Assembly: GCA_044222185.1 (NCBI GenBank)
Contig: JBGANV010000012.1
Coordinates: 32,001 to 96,000 of the forward strand
Direction: 5' to 3'
DNA: 64,000 nt
DNA from: Planctomycetota bacterium
GTDB lineage: Bacteria; Planctomycetota; GCA-002687715; CAIWVZ01
Of the stretch, positions 38,900-48,427 are shown piece by piece; the first letter of the stretch is position 1; every line of letters starts with the position of its first letter. Position numbers and translations under genes: made by a program. The notes beneath the pieces are model-generated. The model searched no databases, was not told the origin of the DNA, and was given only the letters and a program-made list of their open reading frames with translations.

Positions 38900-39542
38900 C
38901 CGGGTCTCCGACGCGAGCGACCTGACGATCGCCCACCGATCATCGGGGGTGCGGGGCCGCAGTTCATGCGGTCCATGTGCATGCGCGGGGCCGCGCGTGC
39001 ACCAGGCGTAGAGAGGTACTTTCTTCCGTTGGGGGAGCGGCGCGGCGATCGCCGTCTCGCGCGGGCCAGCGGGCGTTGCACGCGGATTCGCGGGGTCCGG
39101 GCTGGCTGTCTAATCATCGAACACGGCACGCCGCTTCGATGCCGCTCGGCGATCGATCGGAGCGCCGAGTCCACCGCCGTTTCGCCGGGGACCGGCCGGG
39201 CCGCCGCGCGTCGCGCGCGGTCCAACGGGCGCGGATCGGGACCCGGTGCGAGATCACCCGCGTCGGCCTGATTCTCGAACGCGCCGCCGCGTGTCGTCGC
39301 CCGCCGGCCCGGACGCCTCGGCTCCGCCTCCGGCGATCCTGCCGATCGCGCTGCCGATGACGCGGCGGGTCGCTCGGCGCTCCCTGCCCATCGCGTACCG
39401 CGTCTCGCGCGGGCTCCGCCCGAGCCCGACCGATAGATGGCCGGCGCAGCGACGCGCGGCGTCGTCGATCGATTCGGTCGTGCCTTGGGACGCTCGCGCA
39501 CCGGCAGCAACTCACGACGCCGGCGAAGGCGTCCCGCTCGGT

Positions 39543-42527
39543 TCATTGCACCAGCGTCACTCGCACCACCTCGTCGGCACTGACGTCGATCGTCTGCGGA
39601 GCGCTGACGGGGCGGCGTGCCTTGTCGTGCGACACGGGCTCGGACTCGGTCGTCACGGTGTATCGGCCGGGAAGAACCGCGCGAAGCCTGGTGCTCTTCG
39701 ACGCGAGCGCCTTCGCCGCGAGGTAGGTCCGCACGGGCGCGCCCTCGCTGCCGACGGGCGTCAGGATCAGATAGTTGAAGCTCTCATCCGGCATCGCGAA
39801 CTCCCACCGGACCTCCACGCTCCCCGCGCACGGCACCGAGAGCTTCGCCACGGGCCCGGCCGTCTGGTGCTTCAGCGAGAAGCTCCGCCCCGCGTAGTCG
39901 GCGTGGAACGTGACCGCGCCCAGCGGCAGGTTCTTGAAGTCGAACGCGCCGCTCTCCGACGTCTCGCCGAATGGGAACGAGCCCGCCCCTCCCGCCGCGG
40001 GGTCGGGGTCGTCGACCGTGACCGAGACGCCCACGCCGGCCTGGGGACGCCCGCGCGCGTCCAGGACGGAAAGGACGACGTCGCGTCCGGCCTTCATCAC
40101 GAACGTGGTTTCTTCGTCCCCGATCGGGACTCGCCAATCCTTGCGATCGAGCGGCACGTAACCGGCCTTCTCGACGCGAACCGATGCGGCGTCGGAGTAG
40201 ATGCGGTCCAGTTCGAACCGGCCGTCCGCCGCGGACTCGGAGCGCGTGGCGAGGCTCGGTTCCGTGAAGATCATGATGGAGGCGTTGGCGAGAGGACGAC
40301 CTGCTTCATCGCGCACCCAGCCACGTACGATCCGCGGCTTCTGCGTCACCGTGAGCGTGACCGTGTGCGTCCCACGCTCCGGCACGACGACCTCCGTGGA
40401 ATCCAAACGGCCCCCGATCGCATCCACGGCACTGACGCTGAACTTGCTCGCGGTCTGCAGGTTCGAGAGCTGCACGGTTCCCTTCGCGTCCGGGTTCATC
40501 AGGAGCACGGTATGTGACCCATCACTCATCCCGCTCGCGACTCCGGAGGCCCCGGCCGCGATCTGCGCCGAGTCGGGGAAATCGCTGCCGTCCTTGTACG
40601 TCTTCCCCGACAGACCGATGCGGATCTGCACACCCGGCGGAACGGCGCCCGCTGCATCGTGAACGCTCACGACGAGGACGTTCGACGTATCCAGCGTCAC
40701 CTCGATCGGCGCGTCGGCCTCCGAGGGAATGGCGACGCGCGCCGTCGCGTAGCCGAGGGCCGCCACGTTCATGTGCACATCACCGACGGAGAGTGCCATG
40801 GTGCCGTGGCCGTCCTGGTCCGTCGGTGCACTCTTCGACGTCACGTTTTCGCCGATGGAGGCCACGGCTCCGGCGACGGGCCGTCTCTCGGTGTCTCTCA
40901 CGACGAATGCGACCTGGCGTGACCTGGCGATCTCGAGATCGCCGAGGTCCTGCCACTTCGTGAGGTTCTCGAACACCTTCACCGCGCGAGCGCCGCGGCC
41001 GTCGGCGGCGCTGATCGTCATGTCGACCGAGCGCAGCGTGGGCGAGGGGAGGTAGATGGTGACGCGGCCATGCTCGTCCGCCGTGCGCGCGCCGGTCGTG
41101 ACCGACGACTGCGAGAGGAACGACGTCGTGGCACGGGCGAACGGCAGCGGTGTCCTCGTCCCGGCGTCGACGACGCGGAAGGTGATCCCGGGAGTGTGCT
41201 TGATGTTCAGTGTGAGCGTGCCCGAAGGCGACAGGAGTCTCGTGGTCGACGACGTTCCGCTTCCTTCCTCGAACGTGAATTGCGCGTCCAGCTCCAGGGA
41301 TCCGGACCAGTCGGCTGGAAGACCTCCGACGCGGAACCGTCCGTCGGCCGTCGACGATGAGTGGACTGAGGCCATCTCGAGCGACTGTTTCTCGACGAAG
41401 GCGCGGACGGTCGCTGGAAGCGAGGCGGTTGCGGCGAATGGGTGATCCGGTGCGAGCGTGAACTTGATGGCGCTGGTCGGTGGCTTTCCGTCGACGACGA
41501 ACGACCCGCCGACGGTGGCGCCGGCAGGGAGGCGGAGGGTCGATCCATTCGCGTCGAGGTGCACCGTGCCGAGGAACGGCGGCGTCCCCGCGTTCGCCAC
41601 CAACGCATCGGTGTCGCCCCCCACCGACGGCAGCCGTGCCAACCCTCCCTCGTTCGTTCGCTCGGAACCAAGCACTTCCCCGCGGCGGAAGATCACGACG
41701 GTCGCTCCGACCACCGCGTTGCCTTCATCGTCCTCCACTCGGATCGGGCATGTGGGGCGCGAATCCCCCGCGGTCACGGGGCGTGTCTCTTCGTCCTGGC
41801 CCGAGACGAAGGGCTTCACCGTGACCTGCGCCCCGTCCGGGCGCCGATCGGCTGAAGCTGGCGGCGGCGCGCTCGTCGTCTCGATGACGGCTTCGCGGCG
41901 CAGAACGTCGGGCGCCGCCAGTCGTGCCTCCCGTCCGTCGGATGCGATCCACCAGATGACGCCGGCCGTGACGGCCACGCTCACGGCCACGATGCTCTGC
42001 GTGCGGGTCATGTGTTCGGCTCCGAACCGGGGCTCGCCCGGATGACTGACGGTCACTTCGAACGAGGCGTCCGCCGCGCGAAGAGTGCCGAGCGGCGTCG
42101 CGACGAGCAGTGGGCGGCCATCGGTGACGAACGTGGCCGATCCGAATTCGAGCACTCTGCGAAGAGGGACGTCGGCGAACGCGCCGCTCTCCGGCGATTC
42201 GTTCGGTCGATGCGCGACGAACCAGCTGGTGACTCCGATCAAACACGCCGCGACCGCTGCGGCCGCGCGCAGACGCCAGGTGCGGCGCGGAGTCGTCGGC
42301 TGGGAGCGCGGCTCGTCGAGCTGGAGGAACTCGTCGCTCGCGCCGACGTCCGCGAAGACTCCGGCGAGCGCGCGCCACGCCCGGCGATCGGCCGCGTGGT
42401 GGTCTCGGCAGCGGACGCAACCGTTCATGTGAGCGGTGAACGCCTGGGGCAGCGCTTCATCCGGCACGCCGGCGAGGTCGGCGCTCGCGTCGAGGAACGC
42501 GCGACAGGTCGAGGGTCCGTCGTTCAT
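39543..42527 (-). CDS. Anti-sigma factor: zinc-finger (HxxxCxxC), TM helix, FecR-like domain, then carboxypeptidase-regulatory-like repeats
   Basis: ATGA overlap with the ECF stop. Zinc motif AHMNGCVRC, TM helix AAAAVAACLIGVTSWF, FecR-like LVATPLGTLRAADASFEV. Repeats VEDDEGNAVVGATV, VRDTERRPVAGAVA and VRGWVRDEAGRPLANASI. Confidence 0.85.
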   Translation of the reverse strand: MNDGPSTCRAFLDASADLAGVPDEALPQAFTAHMNGCVRCRDHHAADRRAWRALAGVFADVGASDEFLQLDEPRSQPTTPRRTWRLRAAAAVAACLIGVTSWFVAHRPNESPESGAFADVPLRRVLEFGSATFVTDGRPLLVATPLGTLRAADASFEVTVSHPGEPRFGAEHMTRTQSIVAVSVAVTAGVIWWIASDGREARLAAPDVLRREAVIETTSAPPPASADRRPDGAQVTVKPFVSGQDEETRPVTAGDSRPTCPIRVEDDEGNAVVGATVVIFRRGEVLGSERTNEGGLARLPSVGGDTDALVANAGTPPFLGTVHLDANGSTLRLPAGATVGGSFVVDGKPPTSAIKFTLAPDHPFAATASLPATVRAFVEKQSLEMASVHSSSTADGRFRVGGLPADWSGSLELDAQFTFEEGSGTSSTTRLLSPSGTLTLNIKHTPGITFRVVDAGTRTPLPFARATTSFLSQSSVTTGARTADEHGRVTIYLPSPTLRSVDMTISAADGRGARAVKVFENLTKWQDLGDLEIARSRQVAFVVRDTERRPVAGAVASIGENVTSKSAPTDQDGHGTMALSVGDVHMNVAALGYATARVAIPSEADAPIEVTLDTSNVLVVSVHDAAGAVPPGVQIRIGLSGKTYKDGSDFPDSAQIAAGASGVASGMSDGSHTVLLMNPDAKGTVQLSNLQTASKFSVSAVDAIGGRLDSTEVVVPERGTHTVTLTVTQKPRIVRGWVRDEAGRPLANASIMIFTEPSLATRSESAADGRFELDRIYSDAASVRVEKAGYVPLDRKDWRVPIGDEETTFVMKAGRDVVLSVLDARGRPQAGVGVSVTVDDPDPAAGGAGSFPFGETSESGAFDFKNLPLGAVTFHADYAGRSFSLKHQTAGPVAKLSVPCAGSVEVRWEFAMPDESFNYLILTPVGSEGAPVRTYLAAKALASKSTRLRAVLPGRYTVTTESEPVSHDKARRPVSAPQTIDVSADEVVRVTLVQ

Positions 42528-43012
42528 CTCTCGAGATCTCCGAGCTTGTTCCGGACGGCTTTCAGACCGAGGTGAAAGTGCTGGCGAGCGGTCGCGGCCG
42601 TGCAGTCGAGGACGAGGCCGATCTCGTCGTATTCCATTCCGCGATCGATGCGGAGGAGGAGCGCGAGCCGCTGGCGTTCGGGGGTCGACGCGAGGGCTGC
42701 GCGGGCGGCGCGCGTGCTCTCTCGATCCGCGGCGATCACGTCCGATGCCGGGGCTGAACGGGGCTCGCGTTGGATGACGTGGGAGAGCGCCGTTCTCTCG
42801 ACCCCGCGGCGCCGGGCGCCGTCGCGGATGATGTTGATCGCGATTCGATACAGCCAGGCGCGGGGCTGTCGTGAAGGGGGCGACTGAAGTGCGCGCAGCA
42901 TGGCTTCCTGGACGATGTCCTCCGCGTCGGTGCGGACTCCGAGCCGGCGGACGAAGCTCACGAGTTCGTCGCGGAACGGAGCCGAGTCGACGGGTGTCGT
43001 TTGATGGCCCAC
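42524..43012 (-). CDS. ECF sigma-70 factor (anti-sigma-paired)
   Basis: DAEDIVQEAMLRAL, RAWLYRIAIN and QRLALLLRIDRGMEYDEIGLVLDC. Confidence 0.9.
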   Translation of the reverse strand: MGHQTTPVDSAPFRDELVSFVRRLGVRTDAEDIVQEAMLRALQSPPSRQPRAWLYRIAINIIRDGARRRGVERTALSHVIQREPRSAPASDVIAADRESTRAARAALASTPERQRLALLLRIDRGMEYDEIGLVLDCTAATARQHFHLGLKAVRNKLGDLER

Positions 43013-43331
43013 GAACGAGATGATTCCGGCCGAAGGAACTTCGTGCGGAACGCCGGTTGAGACGAACGGCAGCCCAGAGTGTCAAAACCGCGCAGCGGAA
43101 TCCGGTGTTTTCCGTCGGCGTGTCGGGTTTGCGGGCGCGCGGGGGTCGAGGGGCTGGACATGCCCGGATTCCTCGGGACTTTGCCCTTGCCGAGGTCGAC
43201 GCCGCCCTCCACGGGATGACCGCGTGGGCGCCGCGATCGCCTCACGGAGCGCCTGTCGACCCGCCGCGACGGCGGTGGGCGTGGCGCGCCGTCGCAGTCG
43301 TCGAACGCACGTCGGGAGTAACATCGCGGCC

Positions 43332-44069
43332 GTGACGGCTGCCTCATCATCCCGAGGTTCGTTTGCGGCGACGCGTTGGACTCTCGTGCTGGCGGCGCGG
43401 TCGGCGGACCGTGACCGGGCTGAGGCCGCGCTCGGCGAGCTCTGCGCGACGTATTGGCCGCCGCTCTACGCCTACGTACGTCGCACAGGCGCGAGCACGC
43501 ATGACGCGTGCGACCTCGTCCAGGGTCTGTTCGAGCAACTGCTGCGGTCAGGCGGCACGGGAGGCGCGGACCCGGCGCGCGGTCGGTTTCGGAGTTACCT
43601 CCTCGGTGCGCTCAAGCATCACATGGCGAACGCGAGGGACCACGCCGACGCTCGCAAGCGTGGCGGCGGTGCGGTGAAACTCGCCATCGACATCGCGGCG
43701 GAGGAGCGTCGTCTGGACCGCGCGGCCGTCGACGGCGAATCGCCCGAGCGCGCCTTCGACCGGCGGTGGGCCGTGACCGTTCTCTCCGTCGTCACGGACC
43801 GCTTGCGCGACGACTATGCCGCGAAGGGGAAGGAGAACCTTTTCGAGGCCCTCCGACCGTTCCTGACCCGGGACCCGCAAGCGGGAGCCCAGGTCGAGGC
43901 TGCTCGGGCATTGGGCGTGACGTCGGGCGCGTTCAAGGTCGCGCTCCACCGACTCCGCGAACGCTACCGCGATGCGTTGCGCCGGGAAGTCGGTCGCACC
44001 ACGTCCTCGGACGACGAGATCGACGACGAAATCTCCGCCTTGATGCGCGCCCTCGCGACAGCCGTGTAA
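43332..44069 (+). CDS. ECF sigma-70 factor, kinase-associated type
   Basis: FAATRWTLVLAA, LCATYWPPLYAYVRR, ADPARGRFRSYLL, FDRRWA and FKVALHRLRERY. GTG start inferred. Confidence 0.92.
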   Translation: MTAASSSRGSFAATRWTLVLAARSADRDRAEAALGELCATYWPPLYAYVRRTGASTHDACDLVQGLFEQLLRSGGTGGADPARGRFRSYLLGALKHHMANARDHADARKRGGGAVKLAIDIAAEERRLDRAAVDGESPERAFDRRWAVTVLSVVTDRLRDDYAAKGKENLFEALRPFLTRDPQAGAQVEAARALGVTSGAFKVALHRLRERYRDALRREVGRTTSSDDEIDDEISALMRALATAV

Positions 44070-44092
44070 CCTTTCGCCCGCGTCACTTCAGA
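44066..44092 (+). promoter_or_regulatory. Candidate ECF-type promoter overlapping the sigma stop codon, upstream of the kinase
   Basis: GTAACC-N15-TTCAGA, which contains the AAC -35 core typical of ECF promoters. Confidence 0.35.
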
Positions 44093-44125
44093 TCGTGGTG
44101 ATCGGACGAATGGAGCGATGCCGCG

Positions 44126-45994
44126 ATGACTGATCCCACGTCACAACTTCCGTGCGGAACCTGCGGAAACCCACTCCCGAGCGAGGGGTCGACGGCGGGT
44201 GCGTGCCCGACGTGCCTCTTGGCGTCTGCCCGCACGGGTGAGGGTGTCCATGGTGAGACCGGAGTCCAGACCGAGGGGCTCATGGGAGGAGAGCGTCCCC
44301 TTCCACCACCGCCGGAGAACCTGCGACTCCGCATCCCGGGCGTCGAGCTGATCGACACCGTCGGACGCGGCGGCATGGGCACGGTCTACCGCGGCCGCCA
44401 GATCAAGCTCGATCGCGACGTGGCCGTGAAGGTGCTGGATCCAGAACTCACGAAAGACCCGCTATTCGTCGAACGGTTCCTCCGCGAGGCCCGCGCGATG
44501 GCGCGGCTCAGCCATCCGCACATCGTCGGGCTGTTCGATTTCGGCGACGTCGACGGCGTCTTCTACATCGTGATGGAGTTCGTCGATGGAATGAACCTGC
44601 GACGACTCGCGCGCGACGGCCGACTGGCGCCGCGGGAGGCGCTGGCGATCATCCCGCAAGTGTGCGATGCGGTGCAGTACGCGCACGGGATGGGCATCGT
44701 TCACCGTGACCTCAAGCCCGAGAACATCCTCGTCGACTCCGGCGGCCGGGTGAAAGTGGCGGATTTCGGGCTCGCCAAGCTCGTCGGGCGCGAATCGTTG
44801 GCGGTATCGCTCACGGGCTCGCAAGCGGTGCTCGGCACGCCGCAGTACATGGCGCCGGAGCAGATCGAGCGCCCGGCCGACGTGGATCATCGCGCCGACA
44901 TCTACTCGCTCGGCGTCGTGCTGTACGAACTCCTCACGGGCGAACTCCCCATCGGTCGCTTCGAGCCGCCATCGCAGCGCGTCGCCGTGGACGTACGTCT
45001 CGACGACGTCGTCCTGCGCGCTCTCGAGAAGGCTCCCGAGCGGCGATACCAGCGCGCCGACGAGATGAAGACGGCGGTGGAACGGGTCAGTGTCGCATCC
45101 GGCGGTGGTGCGGCCCCCTCTGCGCCTCCCGAGGTTGGACACCGGCTGCTCGAAGCGCTCGATCGGCGGTACTGGCGAATCGTCCTCATGGTGGCCGCGG
45201 CGGTCGTCCTCCATTCAGTCTCCGGGCTACCGCTACTGTTCTGGCCGAACGCGCTCTTCTACGTCGTCGCGACGATGATCGGTGCGGACGTGGTCCTGTC
45301 GGGACTGCGGCGAACCCCACTCCGAGCCTTCGTCCCGTTCTGGGTCGTCGACGCCATCGCGTGGACGTTCCTGTTCTGGCCGACCTGCTACGTGGTCCTT
45401 CAGGCCTGGCCGATCCCGGGTGGGGTCATGATCCGATGGACGGGGCTCCGGGACGTTGTCTCGGGCGTCACGCTGATCGCTCTCGCCCTCTCGCCATTCA
45501 TCCTGCTCTTGCTGGCGAGACACCGCCAACGGCGCTTGCTGTTCGACGAGGGCCGGTTGCCCGAGGGGGATCGCCGTGCGGGACGGAGGGTTTCGGGGGT
45601 CGCCTTTCTCCTCGCGGCCGGCCTCATCCTGCTCTCCCTCGCGTTTCCCTGGTCCGCTTCGCCGGGCCCTGGGACCGATCCTCCAGTTCCCGGCTACCTT
45701 CGGGCGTCCTCGATCGCCTTCGTGATCTGGGGCTTCTTGGGATCGGTGCTCTGCGCGTCCGCACAGTTCTCGGGCGGCAGACGGCGCCTCCTTTCCCTCG
45801 GGGCTGCAGCGTGCTTCGCGAGTGCGGCCCTGCTGACGTTCGACGTCTGCTACAGATCCGCCGTCGACGGCGCAGAGATCTACTGGAGCGGTGCCGCACT
45901 CTGGGTCGACGCAATTTGTGCGTTCACGGCCGTGTGCGCCCTGCTCGCGCGCGAACCAACCCCGCGTGAGCCGGCCGCGCCCGCGGTCGTTTGA
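44126..45994 (+). CDS. Ser/Thr protein kinase with an N-terminal Cys4 zinc ribbon and a multi-TM C-terminal domain
   Basis: Zinc ribbon CGTCG...CPTCLL. Kinase motifs GRGGMGTVY, VAVK, HRDLKPEN, DFGLAK and GTPQYMAPEQ. About eight hydrophobic helices at the C-terminus. Confidence 0.95.
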   Translation: MTDPTSQLPCGTCGNPLPSEGSTAGACPTCLLASARTGEGVHGETGVQTEGLMGGERPLPPPPENLRLRIPGVELIDTVGRGGMGTVYRGRQIKLDRDVAVKVLDPELTKDPLFVERFLREARAMARLSHPHIVGLFDFGDVDGVFYIVMEFVDGMNLRRLARDGRLAPREALAIIPQVCDAVQYAHGMGIVHRDLKPENILVDSGGRVKVADFGLAKLVGRESLAVSLTGSQAVLGTPQYMAPEQIERPADVDHRADIYSLGVVLYELLTGELPIGRFEPPSQRVAVDVRLDDVVLRALEKAPERRYQRADEMKTAVERVSVASGGGAAPSAPPEVGHRLLEALDRRYWRIVLMVAAAVVLHSVSGLPLLFWPNALFYVVATMIGADVVLSGLRRTPLRAFVPFWVVDAIAWTFLFWPTCYVVLQAWPIPGGVMIRWTGLRDVVSGVTLIALALSPFILLLLARHRQRRLLFDEGRLPEGDRRAGRRVSGVAFLLAAGLILLSLAFPWSASPGPGTDPPVPGYLRASSIAFVIWGFLGSVLCASAQFSGGRRRLLSLGAAACFASAALLTFDVCYRSAVDGAEIYWSGAALWVDAICAFTAVCALLAREPTPREPAAPAVV

Positions 45995-46055
45995 CCGCGT
46001 GGAAGGTTCCGCGTCGCCCACGGCCTGGCGCGCGGCGCCTGGCCGCCGCCCGAAA

Positions 46056-46880
46056 CTCGCCGGCGAGCCGGTTCCAGAGATTCCCGTCCTCCTCGCCGAC
46101 ATGGTGCTGGGAACGGTCGCGGACGTGATGGGCCGCGGCATCACGGACCGCGCCGGCGTCCTCGGTGTCGAACGGCCGGCGATTGGACGCCGCCTGCGCG
46201 CGAACTCGAGCCTCGACGTGATCCTGGCTGCACCGTTGGGCCCCGTGGTCCGAGCCACGGTCGATCCGACCTCGACGGAGCCGATCCGACTCACCTGCCC
46301 TCCGGTGGGCCGCATGCGCGTACGCGTGGTCGATGCGCGCGGAGCCCCGTCGCGGGTACCGGCCTCGGTCGGGATCGAAGCGGTCGCCCGTCCGACGGCG
46401 CGACGCCCGCCGAAGTGAACCTCCGGCGTGCCTGCACCCTCGACCTCACTGCTGCGAAAGGACAGCCGGAGGTCGCGATCGTCGGCGTCGGGCTGAGGCT
46501 GGCGGTCACCGTGCGCGCCGTGCGCGGGCCCATCCGCACCGTGCACAAGGTCTTCGATGGCCCCAAATCACCGAGCGAAGAGATCACCTTCGACATCGCG
46601 TTCGATTCGCCTGCGTGCATCCTCACCGGGCGTCTCGTCGACGGACGGTTCGTTCGGGTCCGATCGAACTCTCGTGCTGACGACCCCGAGCGCCGGCTTC
46701 TACCGGGTGCAGATTCGCGTCGTGCAGGGCGTGGGCGGCGAGGCCGTCATCAAAACGGCGTTGCCCGACGCGCCGGGCCTTCACGTCCAGATCCCCGACG
46801 GCGCGCCGTCGGCTTCGGCGACGATCGCGCCGTCCGCGGACGCGGTCCGGCGAGCGATCGGATCGTTGGGGCGGTCATGA
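46056..46880 (+). pseudogene. Frameshifted remnant of a carboxypeptidase-regulatory-like repeat protein
   Basis: Repeat fragments lie in successive frames: LAGEPVPEIPV...GRMRVRVVDARGAP (to TGA 46418), ...CILTGRLVDG, then ...GFYRVQIRV. No start or signal peptide. Boundaries approximate. Confidence 0.55.
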
Positions 46881-46934
46881 CTCCTGGACGAGCTCGCGTC
46901 AGGGCACCACGACATCCGGTAGACTCGGCACCTC

Positions 46935-48407
46935 GTGGGGAACCTCGTCTCGACCCGTCGACGTTTCGTGGGCGTCATCGCCGATCGCGCGCTCGCCCTC
47001 ATCCTCAGCGCGACGGTGGTGACGTGCGCGTCGACGGCGCAGTCGATGCCGGCGCAGCAACCCGCACCGAACGTCATCTTCGTCCTCGCTGAGGGCCAGG
47101 GGTGGGCGAGCACGTCCGTGCCGATGGACGATCGCGTGCCCGCGTCGTGCGACGCGCCGGGACTCACACCGAACCTCGAACGCCTCGCGCGCGAGGGGAC
47201 TCGCTTCTCCGATTTCTATGCGTCGGCGCCCCGGTGCACGCCGTCCCGGGCGAGCCTCATCACGGGCATGAGCCCCGCGCGCCTCCGCGTGACCTACGTG
47301 CTCGATTCGGACAAGAAGAAGGATGACGACGACGCGGACGAGCTGCCGTCGACGACGCGAGTCGTCCCGCCGCACTCGGAGCACGACCTGCCAGAGGGCG
47401 TTCTCACCACGGCTGATCGTCTTCGCGCAGCCGGTTTTGGCACCGCGCACTTCGGCAAGTGGCAGGTGGGGAAGGCCGGACCGCGCAAGCGCGGTTTCGA
47501 CGTGACCGACCCCAAGGACGACGAGTCCACGAAGGGCGTGAGTCGATCCACGGTGATCACCAGCCGTGGGATTGCGTTCATGAAGGAGCAGGTCACCGCG
47601 CGCAGGCCGTTCTACCTCCAGCTGTGGCACGTGGGCGCCGGCGCCGACGATGAAGTCACGCGCGAGAGCCGCGCCCGCGCCCGTAACCTGCTTCACGACG
47701 TTCGCGGGAAGGAACTGGATGACGCGGCGGGCATGGTCCAGGTGGATGCCGCCCTCGGTCGCCTCCTCGATGCCGTCGATTCACTGGGCATCGCCGAGCG
47801 CACGTTCATCGTGTTCAGCTCCGATCATGGTGCGGCCGCGGGCAGCGGCCGCGGCGCGAACTTCCCGCTGCAGGGCGGCAAGGGGAGCGTGGCCGAGGGC
47901 GGCCTTCGCGTGCCGTTCCTGGTTCGCGGCCCGGGCGTCCGGGCGGGCGTCTGCTCGCACGTGCGCGCCTGCGGCATGGACCTGCTCCCGACGATCCTGG
48001 AACTGGCCGGGAAGGGCGCCGAATCCGCCGGTGGCCTGGACGGCGGCAGCCTCGCTCCCGTGCTCTTGGGCACTGCCGATGCGGTGAAGCGCCCGCGGGG
48101 CGAGATCGTGATCCACTTCCCGCATTTCGACCTGGGGAATGGCGGCCCTCAGTCCGCCCTGTTCTTCGGTGATTTCAAGCTGATCCGCAACGACGAGACG
48201 CAGGGCCGAAGGCTCTACCGCATCACGTCCGACCCGTTCGAGACCCGCGACCTGTCGGGTGAGCTCCCGGACACGGTCACCAGCCTCACCGAGCGACTCG
48301 ATGCGTGGTTGAACGCGATCGATGCGCCGCGTGCCCGCCCGCGGACACCAGCTCCGGCCGCGCAGGACTCGCGCCCCGAATCCCGGGGGTCCACCGGTGG
48401 CCGGTGA
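46935..48407 (+). CDS. Secreted sulfatase-family (formylglycine-type) protein with atypical active-site residues
   Basis: PNVIFVLAEGQGW, TPNLERLAREG, CTPSRASLITG (CxPxR), FGKWQ, SSDHG, GGKGS.AEGGLRVP and DLLPTILEL. Start is uncertain. Confidence 0.9.
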   Translation: MGNLVSTRRRFVGVIADRALALILSATVVTCASTAQSMPAQQPAPNVIFVLAEGQGWASTSVPMDDRVPASCDAPGLTPNLERLAREGTRFSDFYASAPRCTPSRASLITGMSPARLRVTYVLDSDKKKDDDDADELPSTTRVVPPHSEHDLPEGVLTTADRLRAAGFGTAHFGKWQVGKAGPRKRGFDVTDPKDDESTKGVSRSTVITSRGIAFMKEQVTARRPFYLQLWHVGAGADDEVTRESRARARNLLHDVRGKELDDAAGMVQVDAALGRLLDAVDSLGIAERTFIVFSSDHGAAAGSGRGANFPLQGGKGSVAEGGLRVPFLVRGPGVRAGVCSHVRACGMDLLPTILELAGKGAESAGGLDGGSLAPVLLGTADAVKRPRGEIVIHFPHFDLGNGGPQSALFFGDFKLIRNDETQGRRLYRITSDPFETRDLSGELPDTVTSLTERLDAWLNAIDAPRARPRTPAPAAQDSRPESRGSTGGR

Positions 48408-48427
48408 TCGCGGCGGCGCCTGAATCG

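Noticed and set aside
38900-39542. 640-bp gap between convergent genes with several short ORFs
   Set aside because: The ORFs are Arg/Pro-rich without RBS or motifs, and only a short GCGGGGCCGC direct repeat is seen. No supportable feature.
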